From Oscillospiraceae bacterium (GTDB lineage: Bacteria; Bacillota; Clostridia; Oscillospirales; Ruminococcaceae): 48,073 nucleotides of DNA. The stretch spans positions 1-48,073 of the forward strand of contig JAEDMB010000001.1 of the NCBI GenBank assembly GCA_016303235.1, in the 5' to 3' direction. The notes beneath the pieces are model-generated. The model was not told the DNA's origin. It saw only the letters and a list, made by a program, of their open reading frames with translations, and did no database searches. The translations under genes and the position numbers were made by a program. Of this stretch, positions 1 through 9,121 are shown one piece after another; within the stretch, counting starts at the first letter, position 1; each line of letters opens with the position of its first letter.

Positions 1-4
1 TATT

Positions 5-736
5 ATGGAAAAAACAAGGATTCAGAAAATTATTGCCGATGCCGGATACTGTTCACGCCGTAAAGCGGAGGAACTTATTTCAAAGGGAAAAGTTACTCTC
101 AACGGCAGACCTGTTAAACTCGGCGACAAGGCAGGTTCAAAGGATATAATTGCTGTTGACGGCGAACGTATTTATATCCCGAAAAAGAAAAACAAAATCT
201 ATATTATGATGAACAAGCCAAGGGGATACGTTACAACTGTATCAGATGAGCTTGACCGCAAATGCGTTATGGATTTGCTTGAGGGTCTCGAAGAAAGAGT
301 ATATCCCATTGGCAGACTTGACAGAAATTCTGAGGGCCTTCTGCTCTTTACAAATGACGGGGAATTTGCAAATAATATAATGCACCCCAGCAGGCATATT
401 TCCAAGACTTACCGTGTTACAGTCAGACCGGATATTTCCGATGAACAGCTTGTCAGACTTGCAGAGGGAGTTGAAATTGACGGAAAAAAGACACTGCCCG
501 CAAATGTAGTTGTAAAGGACAAACAACAGGGCAGAGTTGTACTTCTTATAACTATCAAAGAGGGCAGAAACCGTCAGATTCGTAAGATGTGCGAAGCCGT
601 GGGTCTTGAAGTTGCAAGGCTCAGAAGAATAAGCATAGGTCCTCTTAAACTTGGTATGCTTAAACCCGGAACTTTCAGAGAGCTTACTCCTGATGAACTC
701 AGAGCTATAAGAAACGCCATAGGCAAGGAAAATTAA
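5..736 (+). CDS. rluB: 23S rRNA pseudouridine synthase (RluB/RsuA family, N-terminal S4 domain)
   Basis: S4 motif RIQKIIADAGYCSRRKAE, NKPRGYVTT, catalytic GRLD, EGRNRQIRKM. Confidence 0.88.
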   Translation: MEKTRIQKIIADAGYCSRRKAEELISKGKVTLNGRPVKLGDKAGSKDIIAVDGERIYIPKKKNKIYIMMNKPRGYVTTVSDELDRKCVMDLLEGLEERVYPIGRLDRNSEGLLLFTNDGEFANNIMHPSRHISKTYRVTVRPDISDEQLVRLAEGVEIDGKKTLPANVVVKDKQQGRVVLLITIKEGRNRQIRKMCEAVGLEVARLRRISIGPLKLGMLKPGTFRELTPDELRAIRNAIGKEN

Positions 737-808
737 CCATTATTTTTAAACTTGTTTTTATTTATTTTGTGAATAATCTTAAAAAATATCCGGAAATTTT
801 TCAGATAC

Positions 809-837
809 TTGAAAAATTGCCGTAAAAATAGTATCAT
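809..837 (+). promoter_or_regulatory. sigmaA-type promoter of the carboxyltransferase operon
   Basis: TTGAAA (809-814), 17-nt spacer, TATCAT (832-837). Confidence 0.5.
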
Positions 838-871
838 TAATATATAACACTATCCGAAAGGAATGAATATT

Positions 872-2197
872 ATGGAATTTCAAAAAATTCAGGACAGACT
901 TTCTGCTCTGTTCGATGACGGAAAATATACCGAGATAAATTCCGGTATTATGGAAAAAGACAAACCGGCATCAGTTGTTACAGCATACGGATATGTAAAC
1001 GGAAACCCTGTTTATGCTTTTGCACAGGACAAATCCGTTTCGGGAGGTGCTGTTGGTATGGCTCATGCTGAAAAAATTTCAAAGCTCTATCTTCTTGCCT
1101 CAAAGACAGGCAACCCCATTGTCGGAATTTATGATTCAAACGGAGCTGTTATGGACGGTACTGCCGAATCACTTATGGCATACGGAAAAATGATTTCATC
1201 ATCTTCAGCTGTATCGGGAGTTATTCCGCAGATTGCAGTTATTGCCGGAACTTGTGCCGGAAGTTCCTCAATACTTGCATGTTCTTCCGACTTTGTAATT
1301 ATGGCAAAGGATTCCGAATTTTTTATGACTCCAAATGCGGAAAATGTTTCAGCAGAATCTGCTATGAAAGCCGGAATCGCTTCGGCAGTATGCGATGACG
1401 TAAAATCCGCAATCGAAAAGGCAAGGGATATTATAAATATTATGCCTGTAAACAATCTTTCACCTGCTCCCGAATTTGAACCCCTTGAACCTGCCGGAAC
1501 AGTATCGCCGGATTTAAAGGGAATTATAAACGGCGTAACTGATTCCGATACTGCAATTGAACTCTATTCAGAATACGGAAAATCTTCTTACACTGCTTTT
1601 GCAAGAATAGAGGGAAAAACCGTGGGAATCGTTGCAACTAACAAGACTTCTGACAGACTCGAATCTGCTGACTGTTCAAAAATTGCACGTTTTGTGAGAC
1701 TTTGTGATGCATTTTCAGTTCCTGTTGTAACTTTTGCAGATACTGACGGTTTCGATACATCAGATACAGTTTCAAATGTAAAAAATATGTCACTGCTTGC
1801 CTCAAGCTATGCGGAGGCTACTACCGTTAAGCTTGCTGTTGTTACCGGAAAGGCTGTCGGAACTGTATTCAGTGCAATTGCCGGAAAAGATGTAAGCTCC
1901 GACTTTACATATGCATGGGAATCTGCTTATATAAGTCCTGTACTTCCCGAAACTGCTGTTGAATTTTTATGGCACGACAAATTAAAGGGTGCTGAAAACC
2001 TTTCCGCAAAGAGAAAGGAACTTGCAGAAGAATACAAGTCCACTCTTGCATCTGCTGAAAAGGCTTCAAATATAGGCTGTATCGATGAAGTTATTTCCGC
2101 ATCTGATACAAGAGCTGTTATAGCATCTGCTCTTGATATGCTTTCCGGAAAGAGAGTTACAAAACTCCCGAAAAAGCATAATAATCTTCCTTTCTGA
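872..2197 (+). CDS. Acyl-CoA carboxyltransferase subunit (PccB/MmdA/transcarboxylase 12S-like), short and divergent
   Basis: VVTAYGYVNGNPVYAFAQD, SGVIPQIAVIAG, KIARFVRLCDAFSVP, C-terminal PKKHNNLPF; AAAGGA RBS fits ATG 872 better than 863. Confidence 0.85.
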   Translation: MEFQKIQDRLSALFDDGKYTEINSGIMEKDKPASVVTAYGYVNGNPVYAFAQDKSVSGGAVGMAHAEKISKLYLLASKTGNPIVGIYDSNGAVMDGTAESLMAYGKMISSSSAVSGVIPQIAVIAGTCAGSSSILACSSDFVIMAKDSEFFMTPNAENVSAESAMKAGIASAVCDDVKSAIEKARDIINIMPVNNLSPAPEFEPLEPAGTVSPDLKGIINGVTDSDTAIELYSEYGKSSYTAFARIEGKTVGIVATNKTSDRLESADCSKIARFVRLCDAFSVPVVTFADTDGFDTSDTVSNVKNMSLLASSYAEATTVKLAVVTGKAVGTVFSAIAGKDVSSDFTYAWESAYISPVLPETAVEFLWHDKLKGAENLSAKRKELAEEYKSTLASAEKASNIGCIDEVISASDTRAVIASALDMLSGKRVTKLPKKHNNLPF

Positions 2198-2234
2198 TTA
2201 AAAAATAATAATAAATGAATGGTGGTATATAAAA

Positions 2235-2603
2235 ATGAAAAGATTTAACGTAACTGTCAATGGAAAATCCTATGATGTAGCTGTTGAAGAAATTACTGAC
2301 GGCTCTGCTCCTGTAATAACAGCTCCTGCACCAGCTCCGTCAGCTCCTGCAAAGCCTGCTCCTGCACCGTCTGCACCTGCAAAGGGAGAGGGCGAATCTG
2401 TATCTGCTCCGATGTCCGGAACTATTCTCGATGTAAAGGCGAATGTCGGAGATACTGTTTCAAAAGGTCAGGTTATAATGGTTCTCGAGGCTATGAAGAT
2501 GGAAAATGATATTGTTTCACCCTGCGACGGCAAAATTACAAGCATACTCGTTAAAAAAGGCGATACTGTCAATCCGTCTGATACCCTTGCAACAGTTCAG
2601 TAA
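2235..2603 (+). CDS. Biotin carboxyl carrier protein (1.3S/MmdC-like)
   Basis: VTVNGKSYDVAVE N-terminus, Ala/Pro linker, biotinylation motif EAMKMEN. Confidence 0.95.
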   Translation: MKRFNVTVNGKSYDVAVEEITDGSAPVITAPAPAPSAPAKPAPAPSAPAKGEGESVSAPMSGTILDVKANVGDTVSKGQVIMVLEAMKMENDIVSPCDGKITSILVKKGDTVNPSDTLATVQ

Positions 2604-2618
2604 AGGAAGGTTGAAATT

Positions 2619-4016
2619 ATGGCTAAAATCGGTATTACTGAAACAGTTATACGTGATGCCCACCAGTCACTTATTGCAACACGTATGACTACGGAGGAAA
2701 TGCTCCCTGTACTTCCTCTTATGGATAAAGTCGGCTTTCATTCAATAGAATGCTGGGGCGGTGCTACATTTGATTCCTGTTTAAGATTTTTAAATGAAGA
2801 CCCTTGGGAAAGACTCCGCACACTCAGAAAAAATCTCCCCAATTCAAAACTTCAGATGCTTTTCAGAGGTCAGAATATGCTCGGATACCGTCACTATGCG
2901 GACGATGTTCTTGAATATTTCGTTCAGAAATCAGTTGCAAACGGTATAGATATTATCAGAATTTTTGACGCTCTCAACGATGTAAGAAATCTCGAAACTG
3001 CTGTTAAAGCTGCTAAAAAAGAGGGAGCTCACACACAGATAGCTATTTCCTACACTACCGGCGACAAGTTTACAAATGAATATTTTGTTGACTATGCGAA
3101 AAGAATAGAATCAGTCGGAGCAGATTCAATATGCCTTAAGGATATGGCAGCACTTCTCACTCCTTACAGGGCAGGAAGTCTTATTGCAGATTTGAAAAAA
3201 GCTGTTAAAATTCCGATACAGCTCCACACTCACTATACATCGGGACTTGCATCAATGTGTCTCTTAAAGGCAATAGAATCGGGTGTTGACTATATCGATA
3301 CTGCAATGTCACCGCTTGCAAACGGTACTTCCCACACTCCGACAGAATCTATGGTTGCAGCACTTCAGGGTACAGAATACGATACAGGTCTTGACCTTAA
3401 ACTTCTCACGGAAATAAGAGACTATTTCATGAAACTCCGTGACAAGTACATCAAAAGCGGACTTCTTGACCCGAAAATGCTTGCTGTTGATGCAAATGCA
3501 CTTATATATCAGGTTCCGGGCGGAATGCTTTCAAATCTTCTCTCACAGCTTAAACAAGCCGGAAAAGAGGACAAGCTTACCGAAGTTCTTCAGGAAGTTC
3601 CGAGAGTCCGTAAAGATGCCGGCGACCTGCCTCTTGTAACTCCTACTTCACAGATTGTAGGTACTCAGGCAGTATTCAACGTGCTTATGGGTGAAAGATA
3701 TAAAATGGTTACAAAGGAATTTAAGGGCGTAGTAAGAGGGGAATACGGTCAGACACCGACTCCGATTGACCCCGAATTCCGCAAAAAAATTATCGGCGAT
3801 GCAGAACCTATTGACTGCCGTCCTGCCGATTTGCTTGAACCGGAACTCGACAAGCTCCGCAAGGAATGTGCTGAATGGACTGAACAGGAAGAAGATGTCC
3901 TCAGCTATGCACAGTTCGGACAGGTTGCAGTAAAGTTCTTTGAACAGAGACGAAATAAAAAATACGGTATCGATTCAAAACATTCAGATACTGAAAGTAA
4001 GGTTCTTCCGGTTTAA
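2619..4016 (+). CDS. oadA: Oxaloacetate decarboxylase alpha / pyruvate carboxylase B / transcarboxylase 5S subunit (no fused biotin domain)
   Basis: RDAHQSL, WGGATFD, LKDMA, HTH metal ligands (LHTHYTSG), [16 protein letters not shown]. Confidence 0.9.
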   Translation: MAKIGITETVIRDAHQSLIATRMTTEEMLPVLPLMDKVGFHSIECWGGATFDSCLRFLNEDPWERLRTLRKNLPNSKLQMLFRGQNMLGYRHYADDVLEYFVQKSVANGIDIIRIFDALNDVRNLETAVKAAKKEGAHTQIAISYTTGDKFTNEYFVDYAKRIESVGADSICLKDMAALLTPYRAGSLIADLKKAVKIPIQLHTHYTSGLASMCLLKAIESGVDYIDTAMSPLANGTSHTPTESMVAALQGTEYDTGLDLKLLTEIRDYFMKLRDKYIKSGLLDPKMLAVDANALIYQVPGGMLSNLLSQLKQAGKEDKLTEVLQEVPRVRKDAGDLPLVTPTSQIVGTQAVFNVLMGERYKMVTKEFKGVVRGEYGQTPTPIDPEFRKKIIGDAEPIDCRPADLLEPELDKLRKECAEWTEQEEDVLSYAQFGQVAVKFFEQRRNKKYGIDSKHSDTESKVLPV

Positions 4017-4051
4017 AGATAAAATTTTTTGATTTCAGGAGGGAGCAGAAA

Positions 4052-4999
4052 TTGCCTATAAGAATTTCAGCCGAACTTCCGGCATATAAAACACTTGAAA
4101 ATGAAAATATTTTCGTTATTGCGAAGGACAGGGCAGAACATCAGGATATACGTCCTCTTAAAGTTATTATTCTGAATATAATGCCGAAAAAAATTGAAAC
4201 TGAATGTCAGCTTATGAGACTTCTCAGCAATACGCCTTTGCAGGTCGATATTGATTTGCTGTATATGTCATCGCATATTTCAAAAAATACTTCAATAAAT
4301 CATCTTGAATATTTTTACAAGACTTTCGATGAAGTTAAGAATAACAGATATGACGGTATGATTATCACAGGAGCTCCCGTTGAACAGCTTGATTATGAAG
4401 ATGTCGATTACTGGGACGAAATATGCGAAATAATGCAGTGGTCAACTACAAATGTATTTTCAACACTTCATATATGCTGGGGAGCTCAGGCGGGATTGTA
4501 TTATCACTTCGGAATACCAAAATATCTGCTCCCCGAGAAGATGTTCGGAATTTTTCCGCATAAAATTGAAGTTAATAACAGCAAACTTCTGCGTGGCTTT
4601 GATGACAGATTTCTTGTACCTCATTCAAGGCATACGGAAGTAAGGCGTGAGGATATTGAAAAAGTAAGTCAGCTTGAAATTCTTACCTCATCGGAAATAT
4701 CCGGAGTTCATATCGTTGCAAACAAGAACGGCAGACAGTATTTTATCACAGGCCATTCCGAATATGACAGGGAAACTATTGCAAATGAATATTTCAGGGA
4801 TTTGGAAAAGGGTCTTGATATAAAAATACCATACAACTATTTTCCCGATGACGACCCGACAAAAACTCCGGAATTTTCGTGGAGATGTACGGCAAATCTT
4901 ATGTTTTCAAACTGGCTTAACTATTGCGTTTATCAGCTTACGCCTTTTGACCTTGGCGAACTTGACATAAGAAACTGGAACTGGCAGGCTGGTTTCTGA
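4052..4999 (+). CDS. metA: Homoserine O-acyltransferase, probably acetyl-specific (MetAA)
   Basis: QDIRPL, catalytic ICWGAQA, TGHSEY; TGAPVE has Glu at the acetyl/succinyl specificity position (Gly in succinyltransferases); TTG start after GGAGGGAG. Confidence 0.93.
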   Translation: MPIRISAELPAYKTLENENIFVIAKDRAEHQDIRPLKVIILNIMPKKIETECQLMRLLSNTPLQVDIDLLYMSSHISKNTSINHLEYFYKTFDEVKNNRYDGMIITGAPVEQLDYEDVDYWDEICEIMQWSTTNVFSTLHICWGAQAGLYYHFGIPKYLLPEKMFGIFPHKIEVNNSKLLRGFDDRFLVPHSRHTEVRREDIEKVSQLEILTSSEISGVHIVANKNGRQYFITGHSEYDRETIANEYFRDLEKGLDIKIPYNYFPDDDPTKTPEFSWRCTANLMFSNWLNYCVYQLTPFDLGELDIRNWNWQAGF

Positions 5000-5021
5000 T
5001 ATAACGAAAGGGGATTTTTTA

Positions 5022-5534
5022 ATGAATTACAGTGGTGGAAATCAGAGCGGTTTTTATGAAGCACCGCCTGTTGACCCGAATTATACAAGCAATCAGGAGG
5101 GCGGACATACCGGTTTTGCAATAGCTTCACTTATACTCGGTATACTTTCACTGATTTTATGCTGTTGTGTGGGATTTAATTTCATACTTGCAATTCCCGC
5201 ACTTATACTCGGCATAGTAACACTTGTTAAACATTATAACGGAAAGGGTATGGCAATAGCCGGAATTATTATTTCTTCAATAGCTATGATTATTACCGGA
5301 ATGTATCTTGCAATTTACGGCCCTATTTTCAGTGATGTTTTCAAAGTAGCAAGTGATTTTGAAAACGTCCGTGATACTTATGAGGAAACAGGCGAAATTC
5401 CGGAATATCTCGAAAAGTATACAGACGAAAAATATGACGAGATATGGGAAAAAGAAGGCTATGACGATTTCTATGATTTCTTTGATTATGCAATTGAAGA
5501 AATGGACAAGAGCTATTCACAGTCTCAGAATTAA
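5022..5534 (+). CDS. DUF4190-type membrane protein
   Basis: GFAIASLILGILS...CCC...LILGIV...GKGMAIAGIIIS transmembrane pattern; acidic C-terminus. Confidence 0.75.
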   Translation: MNYSGGNQSGFYEAPPVDPNYTSNQEGGHTGFAIASLILGILSLILCCCVGFNFILAIPALILGIVTLVKHYNGKGMAIAGIIISSIAMIITGMYLAIYGPIFSDVFKVASDFENVRDTYEETGEIPEYLEKYTDEKYDEIWEKEGYDDFYDFFDYAIEEMDKSYSQSQN

Positions 5535-5911
5535 ACCGGTGCAAGAGCCGGAATAAAATTCCGGATAATATAAAACAGCAGAAAAATCCCCGGAGCCGTA
5601 TACCAGAAAATACGGTTCTGAGGGATTATTTTTTTATCTGAAATCATTTCAAGCCATTTCATAAAAAGCAGTATTACACCGAAAACTACAATCGGATTGT
5701 ATCTGATTGATTTTAATATATTTCCATGCAGAAGTGCAAAAAAGCTCCTTGTACCTCCGCAACCGCAACAGTAATACCCTGTAAACATATGGAAAACGCA
5801 TGGCAGAATGAAAAATCTTTTCAGTTTTTTGTATATAAATCCTGTTAAATAAAATAATAATACTGTCAGAAAGGGGAGAAAAATATAAAATACTTTTTTA
5901 CGTCTTTTCAT
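5531..5911 (-). CDS. DUF2752-family membrane protein
   Basis: PCVFHMFTGYYCCGCGGTRS...LHG...NP motif with transmembrane helices. Confidence 0.8.
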   Translation of the reverse strand: MKRRKKVFYIFLPFLTVLLFYLTGFIYKKLKRFFILPCVFHMFTGYYCCGCGGTRSFFALLHGNILKSIRYNPIVVFGVILLFMKWLEMISDKKIIPQNRIFWYTAPGIFLLFYIIRNFIPALAPV

Positions 5912-5917
5912 TGAAAT

Positions 5918-6793
5918 TTACTCCTTGAGAAGTTTTGACATAAATTCCTCCGTAGAATAAAGTCCGCTCCTGTTGTATCGGTTTATGCCATAGAGACAAT
6001 CGGGATTTCTTGTTATGTAATTCGGCTTTTCATAGCAGTTGAGAGTTATAATAAATCCGTTTTCACGCAGTACCGGAATACTCTCTCTGCATGTATATCC
6101 GAACGGATACGCAAAGACAATCGGGACTTTGCCGGTATTCTGCCTGATTAATTCCTGAAGTTCTGAAATATCGCTGTTCAGAATATAACAGTATTCTTCG
6201 GGATTTTCGTTTTTATTTATACTGCAACCGTTTCTTCCTTTTTTTGATTCATGCATATTGTAAGTATGGTTTCCGATTTCAAAGCGACCGGATTCAAGCA
6301 TTTTGTTGATATCTTCCCATGTGAGATATGAATATTCCGGAACATGGGGGTCTCTGACTGCATCATTTTCGATATATGTGCCTACAACTGATACAATTGC
6401 AGTCATATCATATTTTTCGAGAAGTGGCTCAAGATAGTATAAATTATTATAAAATCCGTCATCAAGAGTAATCATAACAGGATTTTCAGGAAGTTCTCCC
6501 TTGCCATGAGTATATTCCGCCAGCTGTTCTGCCGTTACGGAATTATAGCCGTTCTGCTTTAAATACTTCAAATCGGATTCAATCTGATTTGGAGTAACAG
6601 CATATTCCGTTGCGGAACTTTCGTGAATACTGTGATACATAATCACGGGAAGAAAAATTTTTTCGTCATTATATTCGGCAGAGGAAAATATTAAGTATTT
6701 GCCCATTCCGGAAAAAAGAAATACCGCAGTGAAAATTACTGCATTAACAAAAATAATTCTTAAAAAATTTTTTATATTATAGCATTTATACAT
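5918..6793 (-). CDS. Polysaccharide deacetylase (CE4/NodB) with N-terminal membrane anchor
   Basis: PVIMYH, ITLDDG, GNHTYNMH, FAYPFG motifs. Confidence 0.9.
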   Translation of the reverse strand: MYKCYNIKNFLRIIFVNAVIFTAVFLFSGMGKYLIFSSAEYNDEKIFLPVIMYHSIHESSATEYAVTPNQIESDLKYLKQNGYNSVTAEQLAEYTHGKGELPENPVMITLDDGFYNNLYYLEPLLEKYDMTAIVSVVGTYIENDAVRDPHVPEYSYLTWEDINKMLESGRFEIGNHTYNMHESKKGRNGCSINKNENPEEYCYILNSDISELQELIRQNTGKVPIVFAYPFGYTCRESIPVLRENGFIITLNCYEKPNYITRNPDCLYGINRYNRSGLYSTEEFMSKLLKE

Positions 6794-6928
6794 ATATATC
6801 AGCTCCGTTTTAATTATATATGAATAAAAATTTCTGAAAATGTATAAAATAAAAAAATTAATAAATGAAAAATTCCCCCGTGCTGTGAATATAATCTTAT
6901 AGTATGCAAATATTATTGAGGTGATAGT

Positions 6929-8056
6929 ATGACACGACGTAAAAAGCGTAAGCTGAAAGCATTTATTAAGGAATTTATTCTGATTACACTGCCATTCAGT
7001 GCCGGAATTTTTATGAATATAGGAGATATAATGGGTAGGCTTGCAAATAAAATGGACAGCATAGATATTCAGGTTATAAAGGAAAATAAATCCTATAACG
7101 GAAAAATTTCTGAAGATTTTGAGGATATTATAATCTCTGAGGGTTACGGCTATTCAGAGGAATCGGAAAATTTTTCGGAAATTCAGTCCGATGAAATTCC
7201 CATATATAAGATAGTATCAGATAATGCCGGTGCAAAGCCATATCCCACTGAATGGGCAGAGGGCGGAAGTATTGTCCGCACAACTTACGGACATTATGAC
7301 GGAACGACTTTCTTTGATTTGGACAAAGGCGGACAGGTAAACAATAAAACTTCTGTCAGCAATGAAACACTTAAGGCAGAAAGCAGACTTCTCCCCGATT
7401 TTAAAATAGAAGATACCGATGAACCGCAGGTTCTTATATATCATACTCATACTACTGAAACTTATGAACCCTATGTCCGTGATTTCTATGATGCAAATTT
7501 TAACTACCGGACAACCGATGAAACAAAAAATGTCATAATGGTCGGAAATGCAATTCAGAAAGAGCTTGAATCTGCCGGAATAGGCGTTATACATTCAACG
7601 GAAATACATGATTATCCCTCATATAACGGAGCTTATGACAGAAGTGCAGAAACTGTAAACGCAATAATTGAACAGTATCCGTCTATAAAAGTTGCCCTTG
7701 ACATTCACCGTGACGCAATATGTACAGAAAGTGTTGCATATCAGCCGTATACTGAAATAAACGGAAAAGAGGCATCGCAGATTATGATTATATCGGGCTG
7801 TGATGACGGTACTATGAATATGCCGGACTATATGCAGAATTTCCGCTTTGCATCATTACTGCAAAGTCAGATAGAAAATGACAATGCCGGACTTACAAGA
7901 CCGATTCTTTTTGATTACCGTCATTACAATCAGGATATTACAACGGGAAGCCTGCTTATTGAGGTCGGTTCTCACGGAAATACGCTTGACCAGTCATATT
8001 ATTCGGGCGAACTTCTCGGAAAATCTATTGCAAAGGCTCTGGAGGAACTAAAATAA
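6929..8056 (+). CDS. spoIIP: Stage II sporulation protein P (engulfment amidase/endopeptidase)
   Basis: N-terminal basic segment plus TM helix; LIYHTHTTETY, LDIHRD, YNQD...LLIEVG motifs. Confidence 0.9.
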   Translation: MTRRKKRKLKAFIKEFILITLPFSAGIFMNIGDIMGRLANKMDSIDIQVIKENKSYNGKISEDFEDIIISEGYGYSEESENFSEIQSDEIPIYKIVSDNAGAKPYPTEWAEGGSIVRTTYGHYDGTTFFDLDKGGQVNNKTSVSNETLKAESRLLPDFKIEDTDEPQVLIYHTHTTETYEPYVRDFYDANFNYRTTDETKNVIMVGNAIQKELESAGIGVIHSTEIHDYPSYNGAYDRSAETVNAIIEQYPSIKVALDIHRDAICTESVAYQPYTEINGKEASQIMIISGCDDGTMNMPDYMQNFRFASLLQSQIENDNAGLTRPILFDYRHYNQDITTGSLLIEVGSHGNTLDQSYYSGELLGKSIAKALEELK

Positions 8057-8057
8057 A

Positions 8058-8354
8058 ATGAAAAAGGCTTTAAGAATAATTTTTTTATATATTCTCACAA
8101 CCTCGCTTTTATACATGTTTGCGTTATGTTATTCAAATTCATATAACCGCATAAATGCCGAAAAGATAATTCCGGCAGAAATAGTTATAAACAACGGAAC
8201 GGCAACCGTAAGCGTTCTGCATGATGAATTTACAGTTAATTTCAGATTTCTTGAACCTGAAAGCAGATTCTATTATGTACTTTATTTTATTTCTCCCGAA
8301 AGTTTCCGCCTTGCTGAAGGAATTTTAATTCATACTGTAAGAAGAATTATCTGA
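8058..8354 (+). CDS. Small hypothetical membrane/secreted protein, apparently co-transcribed with spoIIP
   Basis: Starts 1 nt after the spoIIP stop, GGAGG RBS, N-terminal hydrophobic helix. Confidence 0.6.
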   Translation: MKKALRIIFLYILTTSLLYMFALCYSNSYNRINAEKIIPAEIVINNGTATVSVLHDEFTVNFRFLEPESRFYYVLYFISPESFRLAEGILIHTVRRII

Positions 8355-8897
8355 ATATCCGAGATATTTCCTGTTGTGCCAGTCATTCAGTTCTCCTTTG
8401 TATATAAGCTGTGCATCGGAAAGGTGGCGGAAATCTTCCGGAGTATAAAGACATGGCTTTTTTTTCAGATTTATTCCTATTTCATTAAATATATGTGCAA
8501 CGAACTGCGAGCATAAAAAATGGGATTTTCTGTCCCATGATATATTGAAATATATTGCAAGAAGTCCTAATATATTATATGAATATTCATTACGGCATAT
8601 ATGAAAATTCCTTATAAGCTTTTCAAAATGTTTTTTCTGTTCATGTGAAACATGGAGCTGATATATTTCACAAGGAATATTGTTGAAAAGTCCGAGCGTT
8701 CCCTCTCCTATTATTTCTTCGTTGAAAGTTGCCGGAAGGGGAGTATATCTGTAAGTACGGCAGAAACTGTACATTTTGGAAAGTTCAATATCTCCGGCAA
8801 CAGATACATGATTATAGGGTTTTTTAGTAAAAAATTTTATCGCTTTTGCTACGTTAGTACCTGTCTGTGCAACTATTATGTAAATATTATCTTCCAA
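8325..8897 (-). CDS. Permuted papain-like (NlpC/P60, YiiX/YebB-like) amidase
   Basis: His motif PYNHVS precedes Cys motif FLCSQFV; YSYN and TPEDF motifs. Confidence 0.65.
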   Translation of the reverse strand: MEDNIYIIVAQTGTNVAKAIKFFTKKPYNHVSVAGDIELSKMYSFCRTYRYTPLPATFNEEIIGEGTLGLFNNIPCEIYQLHVSHEQKKHFEKLIRNFHICRNEYSYNILGLLAIYFNISWDRKSHFLCSQFVAHIFNEIGINLKKKPCLYTPEDFRHLSDAQLIYKGELNDWHNRKYLGYSDNSSYSMN

Positions 8898-8954
8898 AAT
8901 TATTGCCTCCTGAAAATATTTTTTTGTTATTTAAAAATATTATATCATATATGC

Positions 8955-8983
8955 TTGAAATTTTCAAGAGGGTATGCTATAAT
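8955..8983 (+). promoter_or_regulatory. sigmaA promoter of tRNA-Arg
   Basis: TTGAAA (8955-8960), 17 nt, extended TGn-TATAAT (8978-8983). Confidence 0.75.
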
Positions 8984-8999
8984 AATATGTAGAAAAAAT

Positions 9000-9074
9000 G
9001 TGCCTGTAGCTCAGTGGATAGAGCAGTAGCCTCCGACGCTATGTGCGATGGTTCAATTCCATTCAGGCATACCA
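9000..9074 (+). tRNA. tRNA-Arg(CCG)
   Basis: Cloverleaf: acceptor GTGCCTG/CAGGCAT, D-arm GCTC/GAGC with GG and A20, anticodon stem GTAGC/GCTAT with loop CT-CCG-AC (anticodon 9033-9035), T-loop TTCAATT, encoded CCA. Confidence 0.93.
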
Positions 9075-9085
9075 TATTTTTTATT

Positions 9086-9113
9086 CGGGCGGAATGTTTC
9101 CGCCCGTTTTTTT
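9086..9113 (+). terminator. Intrinsic terminator after the tRNA (may also serve the convergent ptsI)
   Basis: CGGGCGGAA-tgt-TTCCGCCCG followed by T7. Confidence 0.85.
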
Positions 9114-9121
9114 GCAGTTTT

